Virus record (IMG/VR): IMGVR_UViG_3300002039_000001
Location: 1-64,000 of that record
Reading direction: 5' to 3' (one strand)
Source of the DNA: a virus
DNA length: 64,000 bases
Shown here piece after piece: positions 1 to 9,505 of this stretch; the first letter of the stretch is position 1, and every line of letters begins with the position of its first letter. The notes under the pieces were generated by a model, which did not search any database, was not told the DNA's origin, and saw only the letters and a list, made by a program, of their open reading frames with translations. Both the position numbers and the translations under genes were made by a program.

Positions 1-60
1 CGGGAGCAGTGCGAGTACGCATGGCAAGTAGCTGATGTGGTCCTCGCAAGTGTCGGCTAG
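1..60 (+). CDS. C-terminal end of an unidentified gene cut by the window edge
   Basis: Frame 1 is open from base 1 and stops at TAG 58-60 (...REQCEYAWQVADVVLASVG*). A diverged copy of this peptide is encoded at 715-765. Confidence 0.45.
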   Translation, partial: REQCEYAWQVADVVLASVG

Positions 61-69
61 ATTGGGGGC

Positions 70-645
70 ATGATACAGACTGAATGCACTGTCGCGGGAT
101 GTGATCGAAAGGTCAGATCCCGCGACCTGTGCGACATGCACTACCAGCGTTTCAGGAAACACGGAGACCCGACTAAACGCCTTCGGTCAGCCAACAACGA
201 ACGGCTGGAATGGCTCATGAACATCTTGTCGAAGCCTGAAACCGACGACTGCATTGAATGGCCATACTCAAGGAAAGCTAAAGGGTATGGCAGGGTGATC
301 TATCAAGGTCGGCAAGTCCACGCTTCGCGCGCTGTGTTGATGATTGCGACCGGTGAAGACCCGCCGCACATGCAGGCTTGCCACGATCCGGTCGCTTGCA
401 ATAACCGCTGGTGCGTTAACCGCAGGCATCTGTACTGGGGGACTCCGATGGATAACTCGGCCGACATGGTCAAGGCTGGGACGCTTCTGGTTGGTGAGAA
501 GACATCGTGGGCGAAACTCACCGAGGACGACGTTCGGGCGATTCGTTCATCCGAGAACAGCCTTCGCATTCTCGCTGACCGTTTCGGAGTCAGCGTCTCC
601 GCAGTTCATGCAGTTCGTCAGCGGCGAACTTGGAAGCACGTATGA
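70..645 (+). CDS. HNH endonuclease (HNH_3-like core, C-terminal HTH-like tail)
   Basis: 191-aa ORF. N-terminal CTVAGC...LCDMHYQRFRKHGDP Cys/His motif, core CHDPVACNNRWCVNRRHLYWGT...DN, tail LTEDDVRAIR...RRTWKHV. Full-length paralogue at 62218-62838. Confidence 0.8.
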   Translation: MIQTECTVAGCDRKVRSRDLCDMHYQRFRKHGDPTKRLRSANNERLEWLMNILSKPETDDCIEWPYSRKAKGYGRVIYQGRQVHASRAVLMIATGEDPPHMQACHDPVACNNRWCVNRRHLYWGTPMDNSADMVKAGTLLVGEKTSWAKLTEDDVRAIRSSENSLRILADRFGVSVSAVHAVRQRRTWKHV

Positions 646-672
646 CCTGCGAATCCTCGTGCGCGGGTCGGG

Positions 673-765
673 TTGAAGCTGAACCCGAACGGTGACTGTT
701 CGGGTACGTGGGACCGATCGCAGTGTGAGTATGCGTGGGCGGTCACGGGGGTGGTACTGTCATAG
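673..765 (+). pseudogene. relic 3-prime coding fragment homologous to bases 1-60
   Basis: Same frame as the HNH gene, open after its stop. Encodes ...GDCSGTWDRSQCEYAWAVTGVVLS*. No convincing start or RBS. 11 residues are identical to the peptide at 1-60, mostly with different synonymous codons. Confidence 0.45.
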
Positions 766-797
766 GTGACCAAACTCAGGCATAGACGTGTTTGGAC

Positions 798-829
798 GGA
801 CCCCCGCTGACTTCGGTCGCCGGGGGTCC
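798..829 (+). terminator. GC-rich hairpin with TTCG loop between the HNH relic and the portal gene
   Basis: GGACCCCCG (798-806) pairs with CGGGGGTCC (821-829); inner GAC-ttcg-GTC. No T-tract follows, so function (terminator or processing site) is uncertain. Confidence 0.3.
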
Positions 830-881
830 CTCCATGTAGCACCCACCGCCAACACAGGGTGCGCCGACCATCATCGGTTCG

Positions 882-2864
882 ATGGCTGTACACAGAGGCA
901 CACGCGCCGACTCAGGAACCTACGACGACGCGGTGCTCGGCCCATACGCCGAACTGTCCCACAAGCCACCATTCGCCGCTGAACTCCCCGAACTGTGGGA
1001 CGAAAAGCCGCACGTACCGACACGAGACATAGACAGGTTCGCCGCCTACCGAATCCTGTACGCCTACCTTCGGAACAACGCCCGACGCGTCATCAACCAC
1101 GCAGACGGCAAGAACCCAAGGAACCGCCGCGAATACGGCGACCCATCGTTGTACACGTCACGAGCCGCGTCCGGTGTCCTCGGCACCGAAGGCCCATCGC
1201 TCGTTCTTCCCGAGCTCGTCACCGCGACCGCGCCAGCACCAGACCTCACAAACCGTCCCGACGTCGACCAGCTCCCCGACGATGCTTCACCGACACAACG
1301 ACGCATCGCGCAAGCCGAAGTGGCCGTGTGGGACGAAATGAAAGAGGCCGAAGCAGAAGAATGGTTAGCGGCCGTTGACCTGCTCCCCAGGTTGCGTGGA
1401 TGGTTCCGTTACCTCACCGAATGGTCGAGAGCTGAACGAGCGATCGCCAAATTCACGCAACAAGAAACCGAGCACACGATCCCGTTGGGTGACGCCGTCG
1501 AGGTGTACTCATGGTCAACGGACACCGGACGGGTCGCACTCGACATTTACCCACCGGACGTGTGGTTCACCGACGAATCAGATGACCACACCGGATTCCC
1601 TCAAGTCGTTCATCTGGTGTGGGAAGAGCAGCACCCGAACCCCAAGAAGTACGACAACGACAACACGCAAGTCATGATCCGCAGGTTGACGTGGGAACGT
1701 GAACGTCTCGTCGACGACAACGACAACACCCAACCCCGCCAATACCCATATGCGGCTGAACCGTCAGAGTTCGGCGTGTACATGTCCAACATCCTGTTCG
1801 ACCCTGAAGAGGTGTCGAAGAAAATGAAGCGGGCCGGTATCCGCGACCACAAAGCAGACGTGACCAAGTGGCCGAACGCTTGGGGAGACGCAGGCCAGTC
1901 AGAAGACGGCACCGTGTTGGACCGCACCGACATAGGAATGGACTTCATCCCCGTCATCCTCAAGACGAACACAGTCGCCGAGGCGTCGTGGCGGTTCGGT
2001 CAATCACTGCTGATGCGATCAGCGCAAACGTTCGATGACATCGCCGCCACCGACTCCGACGTCCAATCCGCTGTAGGCCTCGCCGCTGTCCCCGCGTTGG
2101 CGGTGTCCGGTGTGTCACCACCAACCGAAGACGACTCCGGTCGGATCATGGGACAAACCGTCGAGGTCGAACCCGGCGCGATCCTGTACCTCGGGGCCGA
2201 AGGGTCAGCGGAAGCGATCGATATGACCGCATCCGTCGAAATCGCCAACAAGACATCTGATCGTATTCGTGGCATCGCATCCGAGATAACCGAGATCCCC
2301 GAAACGGTGTTGGGTCGCAACAACCTCGAGGAGTTGCCGTCAGGGCGAGCTCTGATCGAGTCTCGGGTTCCGTTTGATCAGCTCATCGCACGGTTGCGGC
2401 TGGCTAGGTTCGAGAAGTATGCGTTGGGGTTGAAGTTCGTTCAGCGCATCGCGATCCTGCACGACCCTTCTGTCGCTGCGTTCGGGTTCCCTGTTCGTGC
2501 CGAGTGGGAGTTCGGGGCGTATGTCCCGTCGAACGTTGAGGACGCTATTACGCAGGCTGGTCGTTTGCGTGAGTCCGGGGCCGGGTCGATCGAGACCGCG
2601 GTTCGGATCGTTAAGGGTGCCGGTGTTGAAACTGGGACTGTTGAGGAAGAGACTCGTCGTATCGTTGCTCAGGATACTGAGGCGGCGTTGCAGGCGGCTG
2701 ATGCCACTGGTTCAGCGCAGATCGCTGCTGATCGTTTGGATGTTGTGATCGATAGGCCTGACGGTGCTACTGCCACACCGGCCGCGGTGCCGGCACCAGC
2801 ACCACAACCAGACGACGACGTCGACGACGATGATGGTGGTCCTCCGACCATCAACCTCGGCTAG
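882..2864 (+). CDS. portal protein (putative)
   Basis: 660-aa ORF directly upstream of the scaffold and major capsid genes. Size and acidic C-terminal tail (PQPDDDVDDDDGG) are typical of portals. No direct motif proof. Confidence 0.7.
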   Translation: MAVHRGTRADSGTYDDAVLGPYAELSHKPPFAAELPELWDEKPHVPTRDIDRFAAYRILYAYLRNNARRVINHADGKNPRNRREYGDPSLYTSRAASGVLGTEGPSLVLPELVTATAPAPDLTNRPDVDQLPDDASPTQRRIAQAEVAVWDEMKEAEAEEWLAAVDLLPRLRGWFRYLTEWSRAERAIAKFTQQETEHTIPLGDAVEVYSWSTDTGRVALDIYPPDVWFTDESDDHTGFPQVVHLVWEEQHPNPKKYDNDNTQVMIRRLTWERERLVDDNDNTQPRQYPYAAEPSEFGVYMSNILFDPEEVSKKMKRAGIRDHKADVTKWPNAWGDAGQSEDGTVLDRTDIGMDFIPVILKTNTVAEASWRFGQSLLMRSAQTFDDIAATDSDVQSAVGLAAVPALAVSGVSPPTEDDSGRIMGQTVEVEPGAILYLGAEGSAEAIDMTASVEIANKTSDRIRGIASEITEIPETVLGRNNLEELPSGRALIESRVPFDQLIARLRLARFEKYALGLKFVQRIAILHDPSVAAFGFPVRAEWEFGAYVPSNVEDAITQAGRLRESGAGSIETAVRIVKGAGVETGTVEEETRRIVAQDTEAALQAADATGSAQIAADRLDVVIDRPDGATATPAAVPAPAPQPDDDVDDDDGGPPTINLG

Positions 2865-3118
2865 TCAGGCGGTCGGGTTTCGAACCCGTTCTAGTCCCGA
2901 GAGCTACCCGGAACCGTCTGCGCTCACCTAACCCGAGTCAATCTGAGCGGTAGCTAACCAGACCCCAGATCCCTCAAGCGTCACGCACGCCCATACCCCG
3001 AATTGTACCGCACCCCTAAGACACCGACCCGCGAAACCAACGATGGTGACGAGCCAAACCCGGCGGCTACAAGATCGGGGACACGAACCACAGTGTCGAA
3101 ACGTGGGAACAGAGGAAA

Positions 3119-3790
3119 ATGACAACCGAACCAGCAGCACCAGTACAGGACCCGCCACCGGCACAACCGCCAGCGGCACCACCGGCACAACCGCCAGCGG
3201 AACGTCCACCGCAAGACCTCCGAGACAAGATGGCCCAGCACTTCTCACAAGAAGAGCAGGACCTCCTTTTCGGTCAGACCCGCCAAACCGCGAGAAGCGG
3301 AGCAGCGAAGGCCCTGGCAGAAGAACTCGGAATGTCAGTCGAAGACGCCAAAGCCACATTGAAAAAGGCTGAGGAAGAGCGACTAGCGGCACTGTCAGAG
3401 TCGGATCGGAGAGTCGCCGAAGCAGAAGCGAAAGCGATCGCAGCAGAACAAGCAGCGGCCGCAGCGACAGCATCGGCTCGTCAGATCACCCTCGAACGTG
3501 AACTCGAAACCGCAGGCATGGACTCGGCGGTCGCAGCTCGGATGGCTATCACCATTCAAGGTGCGACACCAGAAGAGATAAAAGCGGAGATCGAAGCGAT
3601 GAAGACGGAAACGCCTGCATTGTTCACAGCCCAAGGTACGACACAACAGGCGGCGCCGCCGTCTAGTCGTCCAGCCGGTCAGCAAGGACCTTCAGGCCCA
3701 GCTTCCGGTGTCGTATCTGATCAGGAATCAGGTCGTGACCTGTTCCGCAACCGAAACAAGAAGAGCCGCAAGAGCGGTTCCGACACCTAA
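3119..3790 (+). CDS. capsid scaffolding protein (putative)
   Basis: 223 aa. Pro/Ala-rich N-terminus, long Ala/Glu-rich helical core (AEAEAKAIAAEQAAAAATASA). Lies between portal and capsid genes. RBS gaggaaa precedes the ATG. Confidence 0.65.
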   Translation: MTTEPAAPVQDPPPAQPPAAPPAQPPAERPPQDLRDKMAQHFSQEEQDLLFGQTRQTARSGAAKALAEELGMSVEDAKATLKKAEEERLAALSESDRRVAEAEAKAIAAEQAAAAATASARQITLERELETAGMDSAVAARMAITIQGATPEEIKAEIEAMKTETPALFTAQGTTQQAAPPSSRPAGQQGPSGPASGVVSDQESGRDLFRNRNKKSRKSGSDT

Positions 3791-3805
3791 ACAAGGAGAT
3801 CCCAG

Positions 3806-4216
3806 ATGCATCTCGGCATCGGAAAGTCGTCTTACAGCGACGATCAAGTTGAGTGGTTGGCCGACGAGCACGGTACCGAGTCCCGGATCACCGCGCACAT
3901 CGACCTGGCTGACTTCGCTCAAGCCACCCACGCCCCGAACGGTTACTTCCCGGGCGGGCTACACGTTTCGTGGGAGGACGAAGACACCGGCCAAGTCAAG
4001 CCAGACAGCAACACTGCTGCTGAGTTCGCCGGGTTCATCTTCCGCAACACGGAATGGCCACGAGACCTCGACACGGGCGCGTACCTCGCGGCCGGGACGA
4101 TCTCAGTTCCACTCATGCAACACGGCAACATCGTGGAGCCGTACCTCGCAATTGCCCCAACCGCCAACACACGCACCGGCGCTATCGCCGCAGGCGTGAA
4201 GTACCGCAAGTACTGA
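3806..4216 (+). CDS. small capsid accessory / head decoration-like protein (by position)
   Basis: 136-aa ORF immediately upstream of an E-like major capsid gene, the position of gpD in lambda. No sequence motif recognised. Confidence 0.35.
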   Translation: MHLGIGKSSYSDDQVEWLADEHGTESRITAHIDLADFAQATHAPNGYFPGGLHVSWEDEDTGQVKPDSNTAAEFAGFIFRNTEWPRDLDTGAYLAAGTISVPLMQHGNIVEPYLAIAPTANTRTGAIAAGVKYRKY

Positions 4217-4230
4217 TCGGAGATTGAACA

Positions 4231-5289
4231 ATGGCTGAACTGAACAACAACGTCGCTCCGCAAGTACCAGACACGGTCCTTACCGGTTTCGCTCGCGAAG
4301 CGCTCGACACCATGTTCGAGGAAGACGCAGATCTGTTCGACACGATGTTCCCACTTGAGAACATCGATGACGTCGACTGGACCTACAACTCCACCTCGAT
4401 TCATCGCCGACCAGCCGGTGAGTACCGGACCTGGGACGCGCAAGGCAAGATGAGCCGTCTCGGTCACTCCGGTGAAGCCGCGACGCACGCACTGCCCCCG
4501 ATCACCATGAAGGATGTCCTCGGTGAGTACGACCGCCTTAAGGTCCGTCGATACTCAGATGACCGTCTTCGGAACGCGATCCTGAACCCAACCGAAGGCC
4601 TCGTCGGAACGGTCTATGACCGTCTCCGTATCGGCATGGCTGAACTGGTCGATACCGGCCGGTTCACGCTCCCCGAGAACGGTCTCGGATCTCAGGTCGT
4701 CGACTACGGTCGTGCCGCAGGCAACACCACCACGGTGGCGAACCTGTGGACAGGTGCAGGCGCCGATGAGGTCACCGACCTCATGGCCGCATATCAGGCA
4801 TGGCTCGACGCCGGTAACACTGGGGAAGCACAATTCGTGATGACCCGTGTCCGCCGCCAAGGCCTCCTGACCGCACAGTCCATGATCGACTACGTCACCC
4901 AGTCGGGTAACCCGTCGACTCGACGGATTCGCCAAGTCCAGGTTGACGAGACCCTTCAGGAGTTGGAGCTTCCATCGATCAACGTGTTCGACGCGCAGGT
5001 CACCGTGATCAACCCCGCCAACAAGCGGACCACGATCACACAACGCCTGCTCGACGAAAAAGCGATCTACGTGATGCCACGATTCCCGGTCGGTCAGACC
5101 GTGATGGGCACCACCGCCGAAGAGCTCGACTATGAGCTTTCTGGTGGACCGGACGCTGGTGGCATCATCGCGATGACCTACCAGACCCCTGATCCGTACA
5201 CCAAGTGGACGAAGGTCGCCGGAGCGGGCATGCCCGTATTCTCCGATGGTCAAGTTGACTCGGTCGTTAAGGTCACCGTCGCCGCATAA
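4231..5289 (+). CDS. major capsid protein, lambda gpE-like family
   Basis: 352 aa. Overall layout and C-terminal end (TPDPYTKWTKVAGAGMPVFSDGQVDSVVKVTVAA) resemble phage major capsid protein E. Follows the scaffold gene. Confidence 0.8.
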   Translation: MAELNNNVAPQVPDTVLTGFAREALDTMFEEDADLFDTMFPLENIDDVDWTYNSTSIHRRPAGEYRTWDAQGKMSRLGHSGEAATHALPPITMKDVLGEYDRLKVRRYSDDRLRNAILNPTEGLVGTVYDRLRIGMAELVDTGRFTLPENGLGSQVVDYGRAAGNTTTVANLWTGAGADEVTDLMAAYQAWLDAGNTGEAQFVMTRVRRQGLLTAQSMIDYVTQSGNPSTRRIRQVQVDETLQELELPSINVFDAQVTVINPANKRTTITQRLLDEKAIYVMPRFPVGQTVMGTTAEELDYELSGGPDAGGIIAMTYQTPDPYTKWTKVAGAGMPVFSDGQVDSVVKVTVAA

Positions 5290-5390
5290 GTGGTGGCGTA
5301 GCAAGTCCTCCTCACTCGGTCGGCGTTCTACTCTCATGGGACGCCGACCGGTGAGGAACTTTCAGCACACAAACAGTTAAGGAATCAGCA

Positions 5391-5633
5391 ATGGCCAAAG
5401 TATTGAAGCGCAACGCAATCGTCGCAGGTGTCGCCCGTGAAGCGGGCTACGAATTGACCGCAGATGAAGCGGACAATGTCACGAACGAACTCCTCTTTCA
5501 GGAGGAAGAGTTCGGGGCGCCGGCAGCGGTCGCTCTCCCAGCGGAGGACGACGGCAACGACAACGATGAGGCGCCAGCGCCGAAGGTGTCGAAGAAACCA
5601 GCCGCCAAGAAGAAGTCAGCAAAGAAGAAGTAG
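5391..5633 (+). CDS. hypothetical protein with acidic middle and Lys-rich tail
   Basis: 80-aa ORF, RBS aaggaatc upstream, ends KKPAAKKKSAKKK. Confidence 0.5.
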   Translation: MAKVLKRNAIVAGVAREAGYELTADEADNVTNELLFQEEEFGAPAAVALPAEDDGNDNDEAPAPKVSKKPAAKKKSAKKK

Positions 5634-5655
5634 CAACCACGGAGAAAGGGGCAGA

Positions 5656-6345
5656 GTGTCTGTCGCTCTAGTACATCAACAAGCCCCCGACTCCGCTACT
5701 GTCGCCGAGATAGACGCAGCGTTCGAAGCGTCCTCGGGTCAGATAGCGCTCGCTGTTCTCGGGTTGTGGCGTGCATGGCACGCGACCCTGTTGTCGTCAC
5801 CTACGAAGTGGGCGGCGGCAGGGGACTACTCGGAGGACTACACCGAAACCGTTAAGAACGTGAAGGAACACGTTCGTCGTCTCGAACTCGAGGCGGGCGT
5901 CGGGTTGGCGGTTGCTGGTGTTTCGGATCTGCCGACGATGGGTCGGTCCGCGTTGGCGCGTCGTGGCCGGTATCGGACTGATTGCCCGAACCCAAGATCC
6001 ACACGAACCACAACCAGCACCACATCTTCGTCGGCGTCTCTGACCGATGACATCCTGGCCGCTATCGCAGAAGCGATCGCCAGGGCACAGCTCACTGTTC
6101 GGGTTCATGACCCTGTTGATCTGGTCGACAACGTGGCGTTGGTGTTGACGAACGCAGGCCCGAACCTCACCACCGCTAACGCGCTCGAAACGGCGGTGCT
6201 GGTAGACATCGAAGACAGCACCGGGAATGTAATCACCTCAGGTGTAGCGGTAACAAAGTCTGGTTCTGATGTGACGTTGGAAGCGTCGCCGGGTATCACC
6301 GGTTTGAAAGTCACTGTCCTAGGAAATCCACCAACCACACCGTAA
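5656..6345 (+). CDS. hypothetical virion-module protein
   Basis: GTG at 5656 preceded by ggagaaagggg. The track ORF 5464-6345 overlaps 5391-5633 in an Arg-rich frame, so I trimmed it. Ser/Thr-rich linker followed by a beta-rich C-terminus. Confidence 0.5.
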   Translation: MSVALVHQQAPDSATVAEIDAAFEASSGQIALAVLGLWRAWHATLLSSPTKWAAAGDYSEDYTETVKNVKEHVRRLELEAGVGLAVAGVSDLPTMGRSALARRGRYRTDCPNPRSTRTTTSTTSSSASLTDDILAAIAEAIARAQLTVRVHDPVDLVDNVALVLTNAGPNLTTANALETAVLVDIEDSTGNVITSGVAVTKSGSDVTLEASPGITGLKVTVLGNPPTTP

Positions 6346-6356
6346 GGAAATTCGCT

Positions 6357-6632
6357 GTGATCATCCCAAAACAACACACGTTGACGACGACACCGATCAA
6401 GGTCGCGCCGACCCTTGACATTCGTAACGACTTCCCTGTCGCCGTGTCCTTTAACGTCACCACAGGTGGCGGCATTGTCCGTTTGTACGGTGAAGAGGCA
6501 GGCGCCGACTATGTGACGTTTTCTGATTCGGACACGTTCGGGCCGATCACGTTGCATACCGGCAACGACGAAGTGTGGCTCCGTGCTGACACCGGGACGG
6601 TCGACATTCAGGTGATCGAGGTGGGCGCATGA
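6357..6632 (+). CDS. hypothetical small beta-rich protein
   Basis: 91-aa ORF, GTG start. Its stop overlaps the next start (ATGA). Confidence 0.5.
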   Translation: MIIPKQHTLTTTPIKVAPTLDIRNDFPVAVSFNVTTGGGIVRLYGEEAGADYVTFSDSDTFGPITLHTGNDEVWLRADTGTVDIQVIEVGA

Positions 6633-7102
6633 GTTGGCGCAGAGGCAACCGAGGCGACAGCAACGGTTCATCTTCTGGTGAAGGCACACTCATGCCGATC
6701 GGATCATTCTTCTACTGGATGCTCCCCGATTCGGATCCGGCCGGCGCAGGAGATTCGGTGCTCAAGGCCGGAACCACCATTCCTGCCGGTCCTAAGTACG
6801 CCACGTTGCGATCGATGTACGGATCGACATTGCCGGTCACGTCAAGGTTTCATCGTCCGACAGATGGCAGCGGTGATGCAGGTCAGCTACCTGGTGACCT
6901 GAAGACAGACACGACCGCTCCCAATGGATTGACGGTGTCATTTCAACTTCGCAGGGCAACCAACACGTCGGCTAGTGGCGGTGCACACAGGTACCAGACG
7001 ACCGGCAGCTATGTGACCCCGCCGCAGACCGTGTCGATCGGCGGCGACGACGAGACCGCGCCGGTTCATATGATGGTCGACGTCTGGTTCGTGGCGACCT
7101 AA
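6629..7102 (+). CDS. tail-collar / MdpB-like fibre-tip domain protein (putative)
   Basis: 157 aa. GSFFYWMLP...KYATLRSMYG near the N-terminus and GGDDETAPVHMMVDVWF at the end resemble the phage tail collar domain pattern (…Y..L…G … E.RP.n…). Motif-level only. Confidence 0.4.
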   Translation: MSWRRGNRGDSNGSSSGEGTLMPIGSFFYWMLPDSDPAGAGDSVLKAGTTIPAGPKYATLRSMYGSTLPVTSRFHRPTDGSGDAGQLPGDLKTDTTAPNGLTVSFQLRRATNTSASGGAHRYQTTGSYVTPPQTVSIGGDDETAPVHMMVDVWFVAT

Positions 7103-7404
7103 TGACTCGGGACACAACCGAAGACACCAAGAGCGACAAGATCCCTATTCGTCGACGCCTGTCGGAAGTATCAACCACGTTCGTGATCGGACTTTCAGTC
7201 ACAGGCATCGCATTGATCGCGTTGCTACCTGCCGGCGCCTGGCTCATTGTCGCTGTGCTCCGAGAACCGAACGGTGTGATCCCATTCAACGACACGGTAG
7301 CTATCGCCGCGATCGGCGGTCTGCAAAGCATCGCCGCGCTAGCGCTGGGCGATCGGATAGGACAAGCACGAGAACGCAACAAAGGCACAGACCATGATTC
7401 GTGA
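7102..7404 (+). CDS. small membrane protein
   Basis: 100 aa with two hydrophobic helices (TTFVIGLSVTGIALIALL, AIAAIGGLQSIAALAL). TAATG overlap with the preceding gene. Confidence 0.55.
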   Translation: MTRDTTEDTKSDKIPIRRRLSEVSTTFVIGLSVTGIALIALLPAGAWLIVAVLREPNGVIPFNDTVAIAAIGGLQSIAALALGDRIGQARERNKGTDHDS

Positions 7405-9280
7405 CGCGTTCAAAGCAGTCACCCATCATGCGCAAGGGTTCTGGCGCGGCCGTGACAAGTTCGGCAACCCAAACCCGAAACCGCCGAAGCTCACCAAAGC
7501 CGAGAAGCGCAAGAAGCGCAACGACAAGCTGACGAAACTGCCCATGTCATTGGGTAAGAAATTGAAGCAGATGGTTAACAAGGCCGGTGACCTACTCAAC
7601 TCGTTGAAAGCGCTGAACGTCGCTGATCTCGCTGCAGCAATCGGCCCGGCAGTCAACAACGTGATGACCGCGGCGAAGACGGCAGCGCCGGCATTGGCGG
7701 TTGCAAGCGCTGTTGGCGTCAGTGTGTTGACTGGCGCAGCGATACTCAACGAAAGAGAAGACGATAGGCAAGTCGACCGCGTCGAGATCGCAGCTCTACA
7801 GGACCAACTCGACGAGCTCGACGCAGGCACAATCTCATCAACCGAAGCGTCAGCGATACAAAACCAGAACGACACTCTCGCAGAGAAAGTCGACACGTTG
7901 ACCGAGCAGATCAACGTGCTCGCAGAATCAGAAACGGTCACCGAGCTCGCAGAACGCCAGAACACCACTGACAGAGTCATCCAAGAAATCACCAGCCAGC
8001 TACCAGGTCTCGCATCATCTGACGACGTCGACGCGATCATCAACCGGATACCCGCACCAGTGGTGGCCACACCAACAACGGTGCTTGACATCTCCGAAAT
8101 CGAGAACGAAGTATCCGACATACGATCCGACGTCGACAACAACCAGCAAGCCATCGCTGAACTCGACTCGAACCTCGACGAACTTCAACAGACGGTCGAG
8201 CAGCTACCCGACGCAGCAGCTCTACGGTCGTTCGTCGACCAGCTCCAAGCACAAATTTCTGATGTGGAAGACGGAGCACCAACGGTCGAAGAAGTGAACG
8301 CGTTGGAAAGTGCACAGCAGGAACTTCAAAGAGCGCAAGCTTCGACCGACACTCAAGTGCAAGAGATGCGATCAATTGTTGATGGTCTTCCACCGCCGGC
8401 AGATCTCACCGGGCTTGAAACGTCCATCAGCGAGCTCGTCAAGTTCAGGGAGTCAGCCGAGCAAATAATCAGCGAGCTCGACGCAACGATCGTCAGTCTC
8501 GAAGAAGTAACCGTCGCAGATCTGCAAGCAGTCGACGCAACGATCATGGATCAGGCCACTGCTCTAGAAATTGCTGTAGCTGAATTGGAATCGGCAGGAG
8601 GGTTCGACGCATCAGACCTTGAAGCAGTCGATGCTGCCAACGCCGCGGCCGCTGCAGCAGCACAAGCACAAGCTGCAGTCGTTGCTGCCGAGCTCGCATC
8701 GACAGAAGCGTTGCTCGACTCGATCGCTGAAGTGTTCTTCGCAGATGTCATCGAAGCTTGGACAGTCGGCATTGAAGTTGGTCTTGTCACGCAGAACGGA
8801 TGCGACAGCAAGAACGCTTTCGTGTTCTCTGGGCAGTTCGGGCTTGGAGCAAACGGCGATGACGGAACGACCAAGGAGTTCTGCGCAGACTTCGTAGCTG
8901 TCGCACCGGCCATGCCGTCGTCATGTTCGATCGACAGTCCCATCTCGTTGTTATGGCGTCACAACGGTGCAGCGATCGAAGAATTCTTCGGTACGACATC
9001 TGGACCCGACCCGTCGACGATGACGTTCGGTGTTCGCGGACAAGCACCAACGACAGTGCTGACGTTGAACCCTGGCGATGGGTACAACGACACCAGTGCC
9101 GGCGAAGTGAACGTGACACCGCCGGCCGATCTGAATCAATGGGGCCAATCGGTGGCGTTCAGGGTCGAGGCAGATCTTCACTTTGTTTCTGGCACCCGTT
9201 CGACTTCACAGGTGTACGCCGAAACGTACGGCGCGCCGACCGCATCAGCCACAGCAACGGTGAGCTGTTCGGCAGGTTAG
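7394..9280 (+). CDS. membrane-anchored long coiled-coil protein with Cys-containing C-terminal domain
   Basis: 628 aa. Lys-rich N-terminus, one hydrophobic helix (APALAVASAVGVSVLTGAAIL), about 330 aa of acidic heptad-like sequence, then a globular end with 5 Cys. Confidence 0.6.
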   Translation: MIRDAFKAVTHHAQGFWRGRDKFGNPNPKPPKLTKAEKRKKRNDKLTKLPMSLGKKLKQMVNKAGDLLNSLKALNVADLAAAIGPAVNNVMTAAKTAAPALAVASAVGVSVLTGAAILNEREDDRQVDRVEIAALQDQLDELDAGTISSTEASAIQNQNDTLAEKVDTLTEQINVLAESETVTELAERQNTTDRVIQEITSQLPGLASSDDVDAIINRIPAPVVATPTTVLDISEIENEVSDIRSDVDNNQQAIAELDSNLDELQQTVEQLPDAAALRSFVDQLQAQISDVEDGAPTVEEVNALESAQQELQRAQASTDTQVQEMRSIVDGLPPPADLTGLETSISELVKFRESAEQIISELDATIVSLEEVTVADLQAVDATIMDQATALEIAVAELESAGGFDASDLEAVDAANAAAAAAAQAQAAVVAAELASTEALLDSIAEVFFADVIEAWTVGIEVGLVTQNGCDSKNAFVFSGQFGLGANGDDGTTKEFCADFVAVAPAMPSSCSIDSPISLLWRHNGAAIEEFFGTTSGPDPSTMTFGVRGQAPTTVLTLNPGDGYNDTSAGEVNVTPPADLNQWGQSVAFRVEADLHFVSGTRSTSQVYAETYGAPTASATATVSCSAG

Positions 9281-9505
9281 TTCTGATCCGAGGATGCCTC
9301 GAACCGCAAGGAGAGAGAGGATCTACGGTCTCCGCGACTAACCGAGAGCACCCTACGACAAGGCCACGGTCGGCCTCATACTGACCAACGTAGGACCCCG
9401 GGTCAGCACGTTCCGGCAATATCACAGGCGAAGGAACGTGGCAGAAGAAACGAAAAAGAATACTGGTCTGATCGCCAACCTCCAAATAGCTGACGACGAC
9501 CTCCC

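Noticed and set aside
995-1378. Arg/Pro/Ser-rich alternative-frame and antisense ORFs overlapping the portal gene. The same kind occurs throughout, e.g. 2928-3473, 12592-13161, 22200-23141, 23159-23767, 41727-42368.
   Set aside because: They lie entirely inside longer ORFs with balanced composition. Their Arg/Pro/Ser/Thr-rich low-complexity translations are the usual shadow ORFs of GC-rich DNA. No independent start signals were seen.
2874-2888. CGGGTT-tcg-AACCCG hairpin after the portal stop, considered as a terminator.
   Set aside because: It has only 6 bp, a 3-nt loop and no T-tract. That is too weak to call.
5464-5655. N-terminal 64 codons of track ORF 5464-6345.
   Set aside because: This part overlaps 5391-5633 in another frame and translates to an Arg-rich string. 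GTG 5656 has a good RBS (ggagaaagggg).
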